DNA from: Atractiella rhizophila
Taxonomy: Eukaryota
DNA length: 64,000 bases
Reading direction: 5' to 3'
Assembly (NCBI GenBank): GCA_021432655.1
Contig: MU271199.1
Coordinates: forward strand, 62,001 to 126,000
Shown: in pieces, positions 27,356 through 41,661 of the stretch
How the letters are laid out: each line of letters starts with the position of its first letter
Numbering within the stretch: the stretch's first letter is position 1
Made by a program: the position numbers and the translations under genes
Notes under the pieces: model-generated
The model's database searches: none
The model's input: only the letters and a program-made list of their open reading frames with translations
Told to the model about the DNA's origin: nothing

Positions 27356-29199
27356 TTAATTCTTCCTGTTTACACTACTGGACAGCTTCTCGATGAGCGG
27401 GGTCTCTCTCGCCGCATCATTATCAGAACCAGTCGCAGGAGACGGTTCTGGTGCTTTGACCTTTGACTGGGACGACAGAGAGATCATCTTCGTTCTCGGC
27501 GATGCCGACGTTTCCCTATTCAAGAGTTCCCATTCACGTTCTTGGTCACGTTCTTCTAGCTCTGGCTGTAAACCGGAAACGTTGCTCCACGACCTCTCGC
27601 GTCGGACGCCTGCAGCAAAGTCTTCCAAACTTTTCCGTACGCTGCGTAAGAAAGTAGGCGGTGACCTTTCCCCTGATCCACTCAAGCCCTGTCGAGGAGT
27701 GACACTTCCCTGTCTTGCGGCCTCGAGAGATGGTCGATCTCCATCTACCGATTCGTCTGAGAGCGTTGTGATTGCAATCCCCACGCTCTCGCCCACAAGA
27801 CGCCGCCAAACGCCATAAAACAGTCGCCCAACCTTGTTCGGCAGCACGAAAGCTTCAACGAATTCCCTCACTCCCCAGACGTCTTCATGATGGCATATTT
27901 TCCCGCTCTCATTAAACACAAGCCGTGTGTGGAGCTTGAGATGGATGGTTACTGGTCCAAAAATCCAACGGATAAACATGAGGAAGAGGACGAAGGGGAG
28001 GATGAGGAGGCAGAACCGGAGATTAGACTTCAGGGTCGACCTCTTCCTCGCTCTCCTTTTCGACGATGCTTCTCGTTCATGTTCTGACGAAAAGTGTGGC
28101 GTGGACTCTTCCTCGCAGGGCGAAAGAACTGGCGGAGCTTGGCTGCGGATGCTCTGCGATCTCGAACGAGAGAAGTAGTGGTCTGGCGTACCATAGCCTT
28201 GTGGCGTTTGGGGGAAAGGGGTTGCAGGTGCAGAAGGATGGTATGTCGAACCAGCAGCGCGATATCGGTATAGAGGGCCGCTGAATGAACCGAAAGAAAT
28301 GGTGGAAATAGAGCGATTTAGTCGCTTGACGGACGGCGTCGATTTGGACTTAGGATCTTGCCGGGCGGGGAAGAGGGAAATATGGAGGACATGGGTGAGA
28401 ATCATTAATCGAGTGTGGTCTATGGAAGGATTAGGATGGATCAAGTTCAAGAAATACTAGGAGAAACACGCACCATAATAGTCGGACTCGCAGACATCAA
28501 CAATCTCACTCCACAGCCGACCAGGAACGAGGGCGAGGAGGCCAAAATGTCGTGTTATAAGATCTCGCCCAATGGCGCAAGTGATTGGATTCTCAAAGAC
28601 TAAGGGACAAAGTCAGGATCAAAACTAACTATTTTCAGGAAATGGTTGTAAGAGGTTGGCGTGAAGCTGCATCAGGTGCCGTGATAAACCTTGCTTGTAT
28701 TCCAGCAGTTCTCTTGATGATAAATACATGCAGCAGCAGCTGTGAGGGGTATAATTGAACCTCACTTCAGCTCAAGCACATGAAGTCACTCATTGATGAC
28801 GTCTTCCCGCCTAACCAGCCTGGAAATTCAGAAGACAAACGTACCAGCTTCGCCTTCATAGCACCTTCCGACAACCTCCCCAATTCTCTTCCTCCTCTTC
28901 CTCCTCCATCCAGCCTCCATTCCGCTCCAAAGATCCCACTCCTCTCTATTGCCACCATCGCAGTAATACAATCCTCCAACGACATCAGCTAGATGTCCAT
29001 GCCAGTAAGAGGGGGATGGAGGTCCAGTAGTACTATGCAATGACGAATTGGAAGGTATTGGTGGGAACGCTTGCATCAGTCCTTGAGAAATGGATGCCAT
29101 GTTCGAAGTTGACGTCGACGGTGCGGCTGAAGGCTCTAGAGTCTTGAACCGCGCCTGAGGAGAGGTGTTACGCGAGGAGGCGTAGATTTCTTGGGTCAT
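27356..29199 (-). CDS. Hypothetical protein with a split NTF2/SnoaL-like fold and an inserted TM helix
   Basis: Spliced CYEGEA|VFENPITCAIGRDLITRHF ... LKLHTRLVFNESGKICHHEDVW resembles SnoaL-like start and end motifs; hydrophobic segment FCLLILPFVLFLMFIRWIFG. Confidence 0.55.
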
Positions 29200-29585
29200 G
29201 ATGGTTGTTTCTCTGGTGGATTCTATGCTGCTGACCAGGGGTCATGATGGGTGAAAAGCTCTTAAGGAAGTCCGACTTAGAGGAGGTCTGCAGATCGAGA
29301 GCGTGACCGCGTTGCAGCGAACCTTATTTTCAACGTGGGGCGGCCTCGGCGGCTGGTTGTCGGGCGGTGGATGGGACCTTCCTTGATTTATAGGGGCAAT
29401 GAAAGGTCAAGGCAGTGAAAAGGTTTTCTTTGGGAGGACATATAATTGCTACATTGTGACGGGCTTGAGGTATAGAAATACAAGACGACGAACTAAATTG
29501 ATGCTGAACCGACTGTACCGAAGAGTGGAGAGAGCTGGGACTGGCTGGGCTAGGCCTATGAGGGCATCAAGCAAGTCAAAGATGA

Positions 29586-30217
29586 CTATCCTTCGTCTCT
29601 ATAGCCCTTCAAATCCGTCAGCACTTGATGTTGGGTGTCAGGGAAGAAACTCACGCGACGTCGGTAAGGAGGGCTTTCTCCAGTATGAATTTGCCCTGAA
29701 TGACAATGACGTGAGCTCATTCAGCGTAAGAAGATAAGAAGAGACAAACCTCCTTGTACTTTTGGCCCTCTTCATATGCGTATTCCTATCCCCGTCAGCT
29801 AAATTAGAATGACGACAGAAGCAAGGGGCCACCGACATAGCGCCACCCAACGACCTGTTCACATTTCGCGCATGAAATATCGCACACCGTATGCCTTCCA
29901 GTGGTCATATCCCGATCCTCATTCGGTCCTTTAGTCACATTTACCCTAAGCATCACGTTCGGTCAGGCTCACGCTCCTATGTTGGGAGAAAGTAAGCGTG
30001 ACTTACACAGAATGAAACAAGAATGCCCGTCCATGTTGCCCATTAAAGTTCTAAACAGTCGCCGTGTCAAGATATCACAGTTGTTGCAAAGGAAACTGTA
30101 GCGCACCTTTGATGCTATATCTTCCTGCCGAGCAAGATGTGTCTTGCACTTGTTGCAACCGTACACTTTCTTGCCGGGAACGGTTGGCATGAGATATTCC
30201 CTGTGGCTGTAGCCCAT
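29586..30217 (-). CDS. Yippee/MOH1-like zinc-binding protein
   Basis: YGCNKCKTHL, NFNGQHGRAFLF, MTTGRHTVCDISCAKC, GWRY and KYKEGKFILE. Confidence 0.93.
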
Positions 30218-30463
30218 ACTGACTTGATCGCTTTGTTTCCTGGCTAGTTGAACGTGAGTAGAGATTCTTAAAGAGTGATAAAGAGATGGTTGTTGTTGGA
30301 CGTTATCACCAGGCCGGGGCCGGAACGGACGAGATTGCGTGAAGTCGGGCATTAGATAGTGTACGAACATCATCCGTACGCCTCTCTTACGCGTTGTCGC
30401 GATTCTTCAGCGGTGACATTTCCACCATTTTTCTCTCAGTTTAGCTCATAATCAACCAATACA

Positions 30464-31755
<1,292 letters not shown>

Positions 31756-32004
31756 ATTTGTGACTGGAATTTGCAAGGTATTAATTAACACCAGCATCGC
31801 TTCAGTACAAAGAAAGGTCATGGCATCAGTTTAACAGATTAGGCAGCTGATGGTCCAATAAGAGGTTCATATGTTTCAAAGTCTTTAGAAGCAGTTGGAA
31901 GGAACAAGCTTGGAAGTTTGCAGCATTTATTTCGCTCAACATTGTACTCCATTTAATCCGACAATCCTTTTTGACAAATTGAGTTCCTTCTCGAACCTTG
32001 CTAG

Positions 32005-32616
32005 TTACTCGAATATAACTTGCGCTTTGACCTGAGATAAGAAGACGCTGCAGCCATCACCAGGCTGCTCAGAAAAAGCGAAAGCGGTCACATCGTAGTC
32101 GGGCAACTTGTTATCGATCATGTCTCCCACGTCGATCGTCGCAATTCTCTGAGTGCCAGCAGGAACGAAGTCCGCTAGGGACCAGGTGCCGGGATGGATA
32201 TCGTTGTCCGGAAGATTGTGCGAGATGGTGAAGTAAATTGGGAGGTAAAAAGGGCTATCATCCGCCACATTCTGTTCTTAAGGTGAGGAGGAGTCCGGAA
32301 GCTAGGCAAGCGACGTACCAAAACTTGGTAGTTCACCCTTGTGCTCCCTGGAACATAGGAGTCGTAAAAGCCACGGAGATCTGGTGCGGCATGACATCCG
32401 TAGAGGAAAGTTCCTTGAGCTATCGAATCCATTCAGTAGGAAGTACGTGTTTACTAGGAGTGTATGATGCTCACCTGTCTTTGTGAAAATATCGAACGAC
32501 CCTGATGTGTCTGTGGTGATGGGGAGCCAAGGTACATCGACCGTGGTTGCCCTTTTGGCAAGAGGGCTGGCGACGGCGAGGGCAGCAAAAGATACGGCAG
32601 ACAACAGGCTGATCAT
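32005..32616 (-). CDS. Small secreted protein of unknown function (3 exons)
   Basis: Signal peptide MISLLSAVSFAALAVASP followed by a LAKR Kex2-like site; two GT-AG introns keep the frame. Confidence 0.7.
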
Positions 32617-33296
32617 CTTTGCAGAGCGAGTACCTCTCGTCATCGAGGATGTTCATTTATATCCATCAGAAGGCGGACTCCCCCACGTAGAACGAGAAAA
32701 TAGGACGAGCTGATGTCGCATGGATGTTGGTCTTGACCGCTTCGCGGTACGCCTGGGATAAGTGCGATGATGTGGGACTGGTGCTTTGAGATTGACAGCA
32801 ACCGGTGTAAGGGACCAAAGTTCGCAAACCCTGTACTTTCGGCTGATAAATTCGTCATAGTTGGGGAAATTTGCCCTTGACGCCAACCTTACATGGGAAC
32901 TTGAGCAGCGAAGGTTGTGAAGGACACGTTCAGGGCCCCGGGGTTCAGTCGTGTACAGATATCATCCCGCATGGATGGTGCGTGTATGGCTACATATATC
33001 CGTCTCATGAGGTCTTCAAATGTTTGGGAGACAACAAGGGAGCGGCGGTCTTCTGGAGATTTCATGGAACGTCATGATTAGCCTTCGGACTGATGGCTTC
33101 TCAATAAACGACTTTCATGTCGCCTCTCTGGAACACCGGAAGGCACATTTCGTGCCTCAAAGGCTTTGAAAACTGTATCATAGTGCATAAGTGTGACAAA
33201 ATACTGTGTGCATGCAAGCAAATGAAACTCCTTCAGAGCAGCCAATCAGCCTTGACGTTCTGTACAGACACAAACGAAAGGACGCACCTCTCCCTC

Positions 33297-33594
33297 TCAT
33301 GCTGATGCCTTTGCTTCTCGCAGAGCCTTCTGCGTCCCTATTGCGGCGTATCTCGCATTGCGTCGGAACTTGGCATCCACCTAACATCCCATTCACATCG
33401 TCATCTAGCGGTCTCCACAGCTCAGGTAGGAGGACGTACACCACGAAGAGAAGGGTAACGGTTGGTCTTAGGCTTCTTTATTCCGTTACGGTGAGCCTTC
33501 TTGTTTTGACTGTCCCAGAATTATCAGGAGAAGCTTTCGCAGCTGGAACATTGATGGCGCACTTGTGGTTGGTGTGGTTCTTTGATTTGGCCAT
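33297..33594 (-). CDS. RPL29: 60S ribosomal protein eL29
   Basis: Three exons: MAKSKNHTNHN|QNKKAHRNGIKKPKTNRYPSLRG|VDAKFRRNARYAAIGTQKALREAKASA*. Confidence 0.97.
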
Positions 33595-34021
33595 TACGAA
33601 GAAAGAAACTTGAAGATCTATGTAAGAAATAACAAAGCAATGGTTAGCAGATGGACTGGAGAGCTGCTAAGGCGTCGACTGTTCACATCTCAATGTGTAC
33701 CACTTCCACCCTACATCAGAGCAGCGACTGCTCGTTCATGGCGTTTAAAGGTCCGCATACCACACTCAACCAGCCTCCGCTACCCTTCCAGCTAGAAAAA
33801 GGACATAATACTCACCGAAATGTTGTCTCTCTTCCACTTAGCAAGAAAAACAAAAGCCTTTAGTTCATTGTGCAATCTCCGTAACCTTAGTGCAGGAAAG
33901 ACCCTTAATCTGGAACCACAGGAGACGCAGGAGTTCTGTTCTTCTTCAATTCCTAGAGTTCCTGCTTGAGTCCCAGTGCCCTTGATTCATTTTCACATTT
34001 CGATACTTCGATACACTCAAC

Positions 34022-34382
34022 ATGAGTTTCGTGGACGCGGTTTTCCAATCCTTAGTCTCTCCAACTCCAACCCTGCCGCTTCTGCGAGCGATGAACCTCA
34101 CGTTCTTCGCACTTTTCCTCACCCTCCTCGGACTCATTATTCTCGTCCGAATATACCAGTACGAGTGGAACCTCCATGTTATCTTCCTCACAGCCATAAC
34201 TGCTCTGCTTTGGCTGAGCATCAACTGGTAAGGGCTTTCTTCCGCTTCTTCCGACATTCATTGACGCGCATGTGTCCAGGTTCGTTCAGGAGCTCGTCCT
34301 CGCCCAAGGGCAACCTGTTCGATCACCTGATACCTCAAGCTCACCACCCTTGGATCGCCGCGAGAAATCCAAACTAGACTGA
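34022..34382 (+). CDS. PKR1: ER V-ATPase assembly factor Pkr1-like
   Basis: Two-TM protein with SLVSPTPT..AMNLTFFALFLTLL..NLHV..LWLSINW|FVQEL pattern. Confidence 0.8.
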
Positions 34383-36161
34383 AAAATGAAAAAAACCGGG
34401 GAAAGGAAAGCTGTGTAGTTACGAAGGTCAGCCCACAATCTCCAGTTCTTCCCTGATTAGTCGAACAATCAGGACCTGTCAATGTTTGTCCCTTTTCAAG
34501 CTCAGCCGATGTGGTCTCTTTGTGTGACCCGAAGATGCGAGATGGAACATTTGTTGGACCTTCTTCGACCCGAAGTTGAAGCGGGAGTGTTGTTTGAGCT
34601 TTTGCTCTCTAGTCGCTCAGTAATCCCTATTGCTGAAGCTGCAAACATTCTTCTAGCAGCTGTGCCTGCTTCTAGATCATCGCAGAAGACGAAATTGCGT
34701 TTTTTGAGCTCCTTCTCGACTACATTCTTTGAGTTTCTATCCCATTGAAATATTCAAAACCTAAAGGTTGGAGGAGAGAGGAATTGAGCCGAACCAGATT
34801 CGGCGGTCTGGAGAAAGAGGGTTTTTGAGGGTCGAGCCAACGGCTCACCCGAGCCAATTCCATTGTCGCTCTGTGGTTCTTATGAATGGGAATTGTGCCG
34901 ATCGACCCATTGAAGCCAGAAACGTGGATCATTCTTTCCGCTCGATTTCATCCTTGCATTAAGCTCCTGTCCGGTCACCTCGTACCACTTTGTAGCTATC
35001 AATTTCGGGACACAAGCTTTTGTGCATGACTCTCCGCCCACTCCGCACCATTAGCTGGGTACAAGCGTGGGAGGGACCCGAGGGGAAGACTTGGACAGGG
35101 GGTGTACAGTCAAACTACAATTGCCTACGTTTCAACCGTTAAGTTTCCTTTGTCTCCCTTGTGGCTTTCCGAACGGAACAGTCAGGTTCAGTTCATTTGC
35201 CAACTTACTTCAGGGTCTCCGGGATGCCAACAAGCGCAACAACCATACTTACAGGACAAGCAAAACACTCGCCCACACACACCTAAAGCTCCTGCGACTA
35301 GCGCTGAATCCAGTGGAGCAGGAAAGTGAGCCAGAAAAGGATGGCTTTCACTTTGCACTTTCTGGTTCAGCACGTTCTTTGGACGCACGGAATGATCCGG
35401 TGTTTCGTGGGTCAAGTTGTGGTCAAAGCCTTGTATTTCTGTTCCACTTGAATTAGAGAAGAATGGGCAAAGGGATCTCGAGGAGAACAAATGAAAGAGA
35501 GGCGGCCCACCCTTGTGGTTTATCTGCCCAACACTCAATTAGAGTTGCTTCGGAAATTCTGTGCGCAGCAGACTGTTGTTTTCAATTCAAGATGCCACAG
35601 AATCACTCTTTTGAATCTTTCTCAGCCACAATGGCTTTACGAAGACATCCAGGAGAAAGATGTCGCGTTTCACAGCCAGGAACTTGGATGGTCGAGTTTG
35701 CTGTCCCGCGCATAAAAGGGTAACTAGCCCTCGAAGTCACTCCTCTTCCCTTTGAGGACAGCTTTCGCGGGTGACAAACTCTGGAAACGTCAAGAACGAA
35801 GAGCACAAACAATCACGCTTTGCATCTAATCCTCACTAGCTCAAAGATTACCTTCGAATTGGAATCGGACAGGAACCTCGATCACCCCAAACCACCGTAA
35901 ATTCAGGAACCCTTTGACTCGTCCTTCGCGTGAGCTTTCGTCTCCTCTCCCGTCTCTCGTGCAACTCGTCCTCATCCTCAGTGCCCAGCACCCTTAAAAA
36001 GGTAAAACCGGCCAAACAACCTAACCTTCCCACGTCCAACACGAAGAGGACGCACCCTTCGAGAGGAGGCAGAGAGCCATCTAGTAGCCTGATTCTTTTA
36101 AAATCTTGAGGTCTGCACAGCTCCTCAACCAACTCACATCTCCAATCCTGAATCGTTTCCA

Positions 36162-37659
36162 ATGGCTAGTGCGGATACTTCTACCAGTCGCTGCAAGAAT
36201 TGCTGTCTCCATTCGTTGAGTAGACAAGAGGCAATAGCTACTCTTCGCCAGATGATATCGCCCTCTACTTGTTCGACTTCATCCAATTCTCCGGTCGCCC
36301 AAACGTCAGCAGACGAGGTCAGCATGGATTTCTCAAATTTGCAATACAACCAATATGGAATGGCCGTCCCTTCCTACGTTTCCTCTTCCTACGAGAGCCT
36401 CAGTTCGGAAAATATCAACGATCAGCTTCGCCTTGCAGCCCAGGCCAACGATCCCAAGGGATGGCCTGCATTGTCAGATGCATTTCTGACTCCGGCGACA
36501 TACCAAGCTTTCTCAACTGCTGCTGATGACCTCAAAGGTTTCCTCGGTGATCAAAGGATGATATGTCACGTTCCGGATGGAGCTTTGAAGGAAGCCCTGA
36601 GGACCATGAAGACTGAAGAGATCTCTCCCAGCTCCTGTGAGTGTCTTTCTTAATCTTAGAGAGCGCAAGTTGAAGGGTGTGAAGTAGACTACATGGGCTT
36701 GGGTCACTTCTACTCTCCTGTGGTCCCATCTCCCGCCCAGCCATCCTTTGCTCCTTCAGTCTTCAGTCCCAACACCTTTCTACCGCCTCAAAACTCTCCA
36801 ACCTCTCCTGTCTTCTCAAGAGGAGAAGAGCACGGGTCTCAACGAGCCCAGTCCTCAAGAGCCGCTTCTGAAGCTCCTTCCATCGTCTTCAGCGTCGGTC
36901 ATGGACATGAAAGCGGAATGGGATACTCGCCAGCGTCGAGCACGGAGGTTTTTGTGAAAACTGAAGACATCTTCAGCAACCACAACCTCAATCGTTCGGC
37001 CGAGAGCATGGATTCGAAGTCTCCAAATCTTCAAGCTTCAACCTCTTCTTCCTCAACCAGTGCATTGGACGAGCTTCCGTCCTCCATCACCGATCATGAC
37101 GCCGGAATGATCGTTACCCGCTCTCAACGGCCACTCGTCATCTTTTGGGATCCCAATTCCCGACGTCCAGTCATTTCGACTTCTGCCAACCTAGCAACCC
37201 GTTTCTCGCACTACCAAACAGTTCGTTTTGAAACTGGGACGCACTACGAAGTCACTCCGCTCTCAAATGCAGTAAAAGACGACGGGGAGATCAACGGCCA
37301 ACAACCCAAACCTTGGTCGGGCAAGGGACCTGGGAACTTTTGGTTGAAGGCACAAGTCTTGCCCAGGAAGAAGTGCGAGTGTGGATTCTCGTTCTTGGGA
37401 GGACGAGAGGCAGAGGACTACTTCAAGCGGCCGAGCGTGATCAGGGAGCATATCGTCAGCTGTAAGGAGTGGGAAAGCGAAGACCCTCTCAAACAGCTCT
37501 GCAGTCTTCATCGTCAAGCGGATAAGAGCAAGTATGTTATCTCACACGCTTTCATTTATTCCATGCTGACCTTGTCCGTAATGAAGGCAACGAAATGGGA
37601 GACGGAATCCAAGTTCACAGTCACGACCGGTTAAACGAACACGACCCGCTACTCACTGA
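36162..37659 (+). CDS. Hypothetical S/P-rich protein with a C-terminal CxC...HxxxC putative zinc finger and basic tail
   Basis: ORFs 36162-36653 and 36693-37634 join via a GTGAGT..TAG intron; KKCECGFSF...IREHIVSC. Confidence 0.6.
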
Positions 37660-38113
37660 AGGTAGAGGAGTATCGTATTCCAAGTTCTTCGTTAGAACCT
37701 AGTGTCTGAATAATCCGTCTCAATGTTGATCACCTCCCGCATTACTCAGTTACACCATCCAGTCTTCTGCCTTGCAATCTGTCTCATGCAGTCATGGTTT
37801 CCAATCGGTTCTCTTAAGGGTTTATCTGGTCTCTTTCCGTCTCGGTTCAGATACGTACCCAACAGCTCTGTTTCGGTGTCATCATCTTTGTTCCTCACAT
37901 TCCATTTCGATAAGTAAAGGTACCATGTTGTATTTTTTCTTGAGCTGGTGGGCTTTCAACAAAAGTGTTAGCTGGGATTTACCAGTGATGTTGCCCTCAT
38001 CACTTCTTCCCCATGCTACCGAATTACCATTTTGGTTTCAGTGTGATTGTAGTGTATCCAAGGATGTCTTGAAACAATTCACTTATCCCTCATACTATTG
38101 CATTTGTTCACTT

Positions 38114-38758
38114 TCAAGACGATGCTTGGATTGCAGTCTGGACACCTTGCGAAATCAACTTCTTAACCGCCTCATTCTCCCCTAACAATTTCCTCACCAC
38201 CTTCTCGACACCTTTCGCGATCAAGTCGGCTTCGACGTTGACTTTGTCCCCAACCTTTTTCCTCGTCATGATGATCTTCTCTTGCGTATGCGCGATCAGC
38301 ATCACGCCAAACGTCCGCTTTTCATCGTCCACGCTAGTGAGGGTGAGAGAAGTTCCGTCAAGAGTGATAAAGCCTTTGGGGAGGAGAGAGGTGAGGAGGG
38401 AATCGTTGATGTCCCCGGCCGGGAGATGGAAGAGGAAGCTGAGCGCGTTCCCGTCTGGCGTTATCGAAAGAATCTCAGCTGTAGTGTCAACGTGACCCTG
38501 CCCACCAGCGACTTCAATCAGCTTCCGGCTTGCAATGAATCTGAAGAAATCATGCCTGAACGTAATGTCCGCCGTATCTTGCTCCAATACCCATTGCCCT
38601 CTCTAAATTCACCGGTGATCCGACCTTGAGCTCCCCTGTTTCCAAATTGTGATCAGCTTCTAGCTTGACACCTTGTTTCGTATGCAAATGAAAGACAAAC
38701 CAAGATTTGTTCTTCGCAGCGTCTCGGGAGCCAATCCGAGCTTGAACCATCCTTCCTG
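38114..38758 (-). pseudogene. RIB5: 5'-truncated duplicate of riboflavin synthase (probable alternate haplotype)
   Basis: Matches 40504-41149 and lacks the MFTG N-terminus. Confidence 0.7.
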
Positions 38759-38759
38759 A

Positions 38760-40049
38760 CTTCCTACGTTTCCTCTTCCTACGAGAGCCTCAGTTCGGAA
38801 AATATCAACGATCAGCTTCGCCTTGCAGCCCAGGCCAACGATCCCAAGGGATGGCCTGCATTGTCAGATGCATTTCTGACTCCGGCGACATACCAAGCTT
38901 TCTCAACTGCTGCTGATGACCTCAAAGGTTTCCTCGGTGATCAAAGGATGATATGTCACGTTCCGGATGGAGCTTTGAAGGAAGCCCTGAGGACCATGAA
39001 GACTGAAGAGATCTCTCCCAGCTCCTGTGAGTGTCTTTCTTAATCTTAGAGAGCGCAAGTTGAAGGGTGTGAAGTAGACTACATGGGCTTGGGTCACTTC
39101 TACTCTCCTGTGGTCCCATCTCCCGCCCAGCCATCCTTTGCTCCTTCAGTCTTCAGTCCCAACACCTTTCTACCGCCTCAAAACTCTCCAACCTCTCCTG
39201 TCTTCTCAAGAGCAGAAGAGCACGGGTCTCAACGAGCCCAGTCCTCAAGAGCCGCTTCTGAAGCTCCTTCCATCGTCTTCAGTGTCGGTCATGGACATGA
39301 CAGCGGAATGGGATACTCACCAGCGTCAAGCACGGAGGTTTTTGTGAAAACTGAAGACATTTTCAGCAACCACAACCTCAATCGTTCGGCCGAGAGCATG
39401 GATTCGAAGTCTCCAAATCTTCAAGCTTCAACCTCCTCTTCCTCGACCAGTGCATTGGACGAGCTTCCGTCCTCCATCACCGATCATGACGCCGGAATGA
39501 TCGTTACCCGGTCTCAACGACCACTCGTCATCTTTTGGGATCCCAACTCCCGACGTCCGGTTATTTCGACTTCTGCCAACCTAGCAACCCGTTTCTCGCA
39601 CTACCAAACAGTTCGTTTTGAAACTGGGACGCACTACGAAGTCACTCCGCTCTCGAATGCAGTAAAAGACGACGGGGAGATCAACGGCCAACAACCCAAA
39701 CCTTGGTCGGGCAAGGGACCGGGGAACTTTTGGTTGAAGGCTCAAGTTCTACCCAGGAAGAAGTGCGAGTGTGGATTCTCGTTTTTGGGAGGACGAGAGG
39801 CAGAGGACTACTTCAAGCGGCCGAGCGTGATCAGGGAGCATATCGTCAGCTGTAAGGAGTGGGAAAGCGAAGACCCTCTCAAACAGCTCTGCAGTCTTCA
39901 TCGTCAAGCGGATAAGAGCAAGTATGTTATCTCACACGCTTTCATTTATTCCATGCTGACCTTGTCCGTAATGAAGGCAACGAAATGGGAGACGGAATCC
40001 AAGTTCACAGTCACGACCGGTTAAACGAACACGACCCGCTACTCACTGA
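38760..40049 (+). pseudogene. 5'-truncated duplicate of the 36162-37659 gene (probable alternate haplotype)
   Basis: The 313-aa ORF is nearly identical to 36693-37634. Confidence 0.6.
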
Positions 40050-40503
40050 AGGTAGAGGAGTATCGTATTCCAAGTTCTTCGTTAGAACCTAGTGTCTGAA
40101 TAATCCGTCTCAATGTTGATCACCTCCCGCATTACTCAGTTACACCATCCAGTCTTCTGCCTCGCAATCTGTCTCATGCAGTCATGGTTTCCAATCGGTT
40201 CTCTTAAGGGTTTATCTGGTCTCTTTCCGTCTCGGTTCAGATACGTACCCAACAGCTCTGTTTCGGTGTCATCATCTTTGTTCCTCACATTCCATTTCGA
40301 TAAGTAAAGGTACCATGTTGTATTTTTTCTTGAGCTGGTGGGCTTTCAACAAAAGTGTTAGCTGGGATTTACCAGTGATGTTGCCCTCATCACTTCTTCC
40401 CCATGCTACCGAATTACCATTTTGGTTTCAGTGTGATTGTAGTGTATCCAAGGATGTCTTGAAACAATTCACTTATCCCTCATACTATTGCATTTGTTCA
40501 CTT

Positions 40504-41388
40504 TCAAGACGATGCTTGCATTGCAGTCTGGACACCTTGCGAAATCAACTTCTTAACCGCCTCATTCTCCCCTAACAATTTCCTCACCACCTTCTCGACA
40601 CCTTTGGCAATCAAATCAGCTTCGACGTTGACTTTGTCCCCAACCTTTTTCCTCGTCATGATGATCTTCTCTTGCGTATGCGCGATCAGCATCACGCCAA
40701 ACGTCCGCTTTTCATCGTTCACGCTGGTCAGGGTGAGAGAAGTGCCGTCAAGAGTGATAAAGCCTTTGGGGAGGAGAGAGGTGAGGAGAGAATCGTTGAT
40801 GTCCCCTGCCGGGAGATGGAAGAGGAAGCTGAGCGCGTTCCCATCTGGCGTTATCGAAAGAATCTCAGCTGTAGTGTCAACGTGACCCTGCCCACCAGCG
40901 ACTTCAGTCAGCTTCCGGCTTGCGAATGAATCTGAAGAAATCATGCCTGAACGTAATGTCCGCCGTATCTTGCTCCAATACCCATTGCCCTCTCTAAATT
41001 CACCGGTGATCCGACCTTGAGCTCCCCTGTTTCCAAATTGTGATCAGCTTCTAGCTTGACACCTTGTTTCGTATGCAAATGAAAGACAAACCAAGATTTG
41101 TTCTTCGCAGCGTCTCGGGAGCCAATCCGAGCTTGAACCATCCTTCCTGTGCTGAAAATTCAGTGACTGTCAAACAGGTGCCATTCACGCAGATCGAGTC
41201 GCCAATGTGGCAGTCTCCCAGAATCGATGCAGAGTCACCGATTGTGACTGTCCATCCTCCTCCGCCGGACGAAGAGGTATCGAGCTCGACAATCGCTGAT
41301 ACCGTCCCGATGTGCTGCAGGCAGGGAAGAACAATCGGTATCAATTTGGCCTTGGCCATGAACGCACCTCGATGAGACCTGTGAACAT
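40504..41388 (-). CDS. RIB5: Riboflavin synthase (alpha chain)
   Basis: MFTGLIE|HIG, GDSICVNGTCLTV, VNLERAM, GGHYVQ|GHVD, KGFITLDGTSLT and VNVEAD. Confidence 0.96.
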
Positions 41389-41535
41389 GTTGGCGGAATC
41401 TGTTAGACTGGTTTTCTTCAACGTTGAGGCAGCGTTGAGGGATCGCGTTCTCTTGAGGTGTTTTATCACGGAACTTTGAGAGATTCTGCGTTACCTAATG
41501 ATCCTCTGCTGACCAATAAGCTTTCGAGAGACAGA

Positions 41536-41562
41536 AAACCAAGGAACAAACCAAGGAACAAA
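41536..41562. repeat. 12-bp tandem repeat (AAACCAAGGAAC)x2 in the RIB5/VPS52 divergent promoter
   Basis: Seen directly in the sequence. Confidence 0.7.
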
Positions 41563-41661
41563 TAGAGTTTGTTCTTAAGAGATAAGGTTACACTGCTCTT
41601 TTTGTAAGGTTTGAACCCACCAGCTCTCCCAGGTTGATGATACACCCTCTAATATTATAGA

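Larger units (their letters stand above)
36370..41149. repeat. Adjacent direct duplication of ~2.39 kb (36370-38758 / 38760-41149)
   Basis: Near-identical copies with a single extra 'a' at 38759. Confidence 0.92.

Noticed and set aside
33206..33613. 135-aa plus-strand ORF
   Set aside because: Antisense shadow of RPL29.
34500..36150. Short ORFs and a weak ACGTC..ACGAAGAG repeat in the long intergenic region
   Set aside because: No consistent gene model; the similarity is too short to exceed chance.
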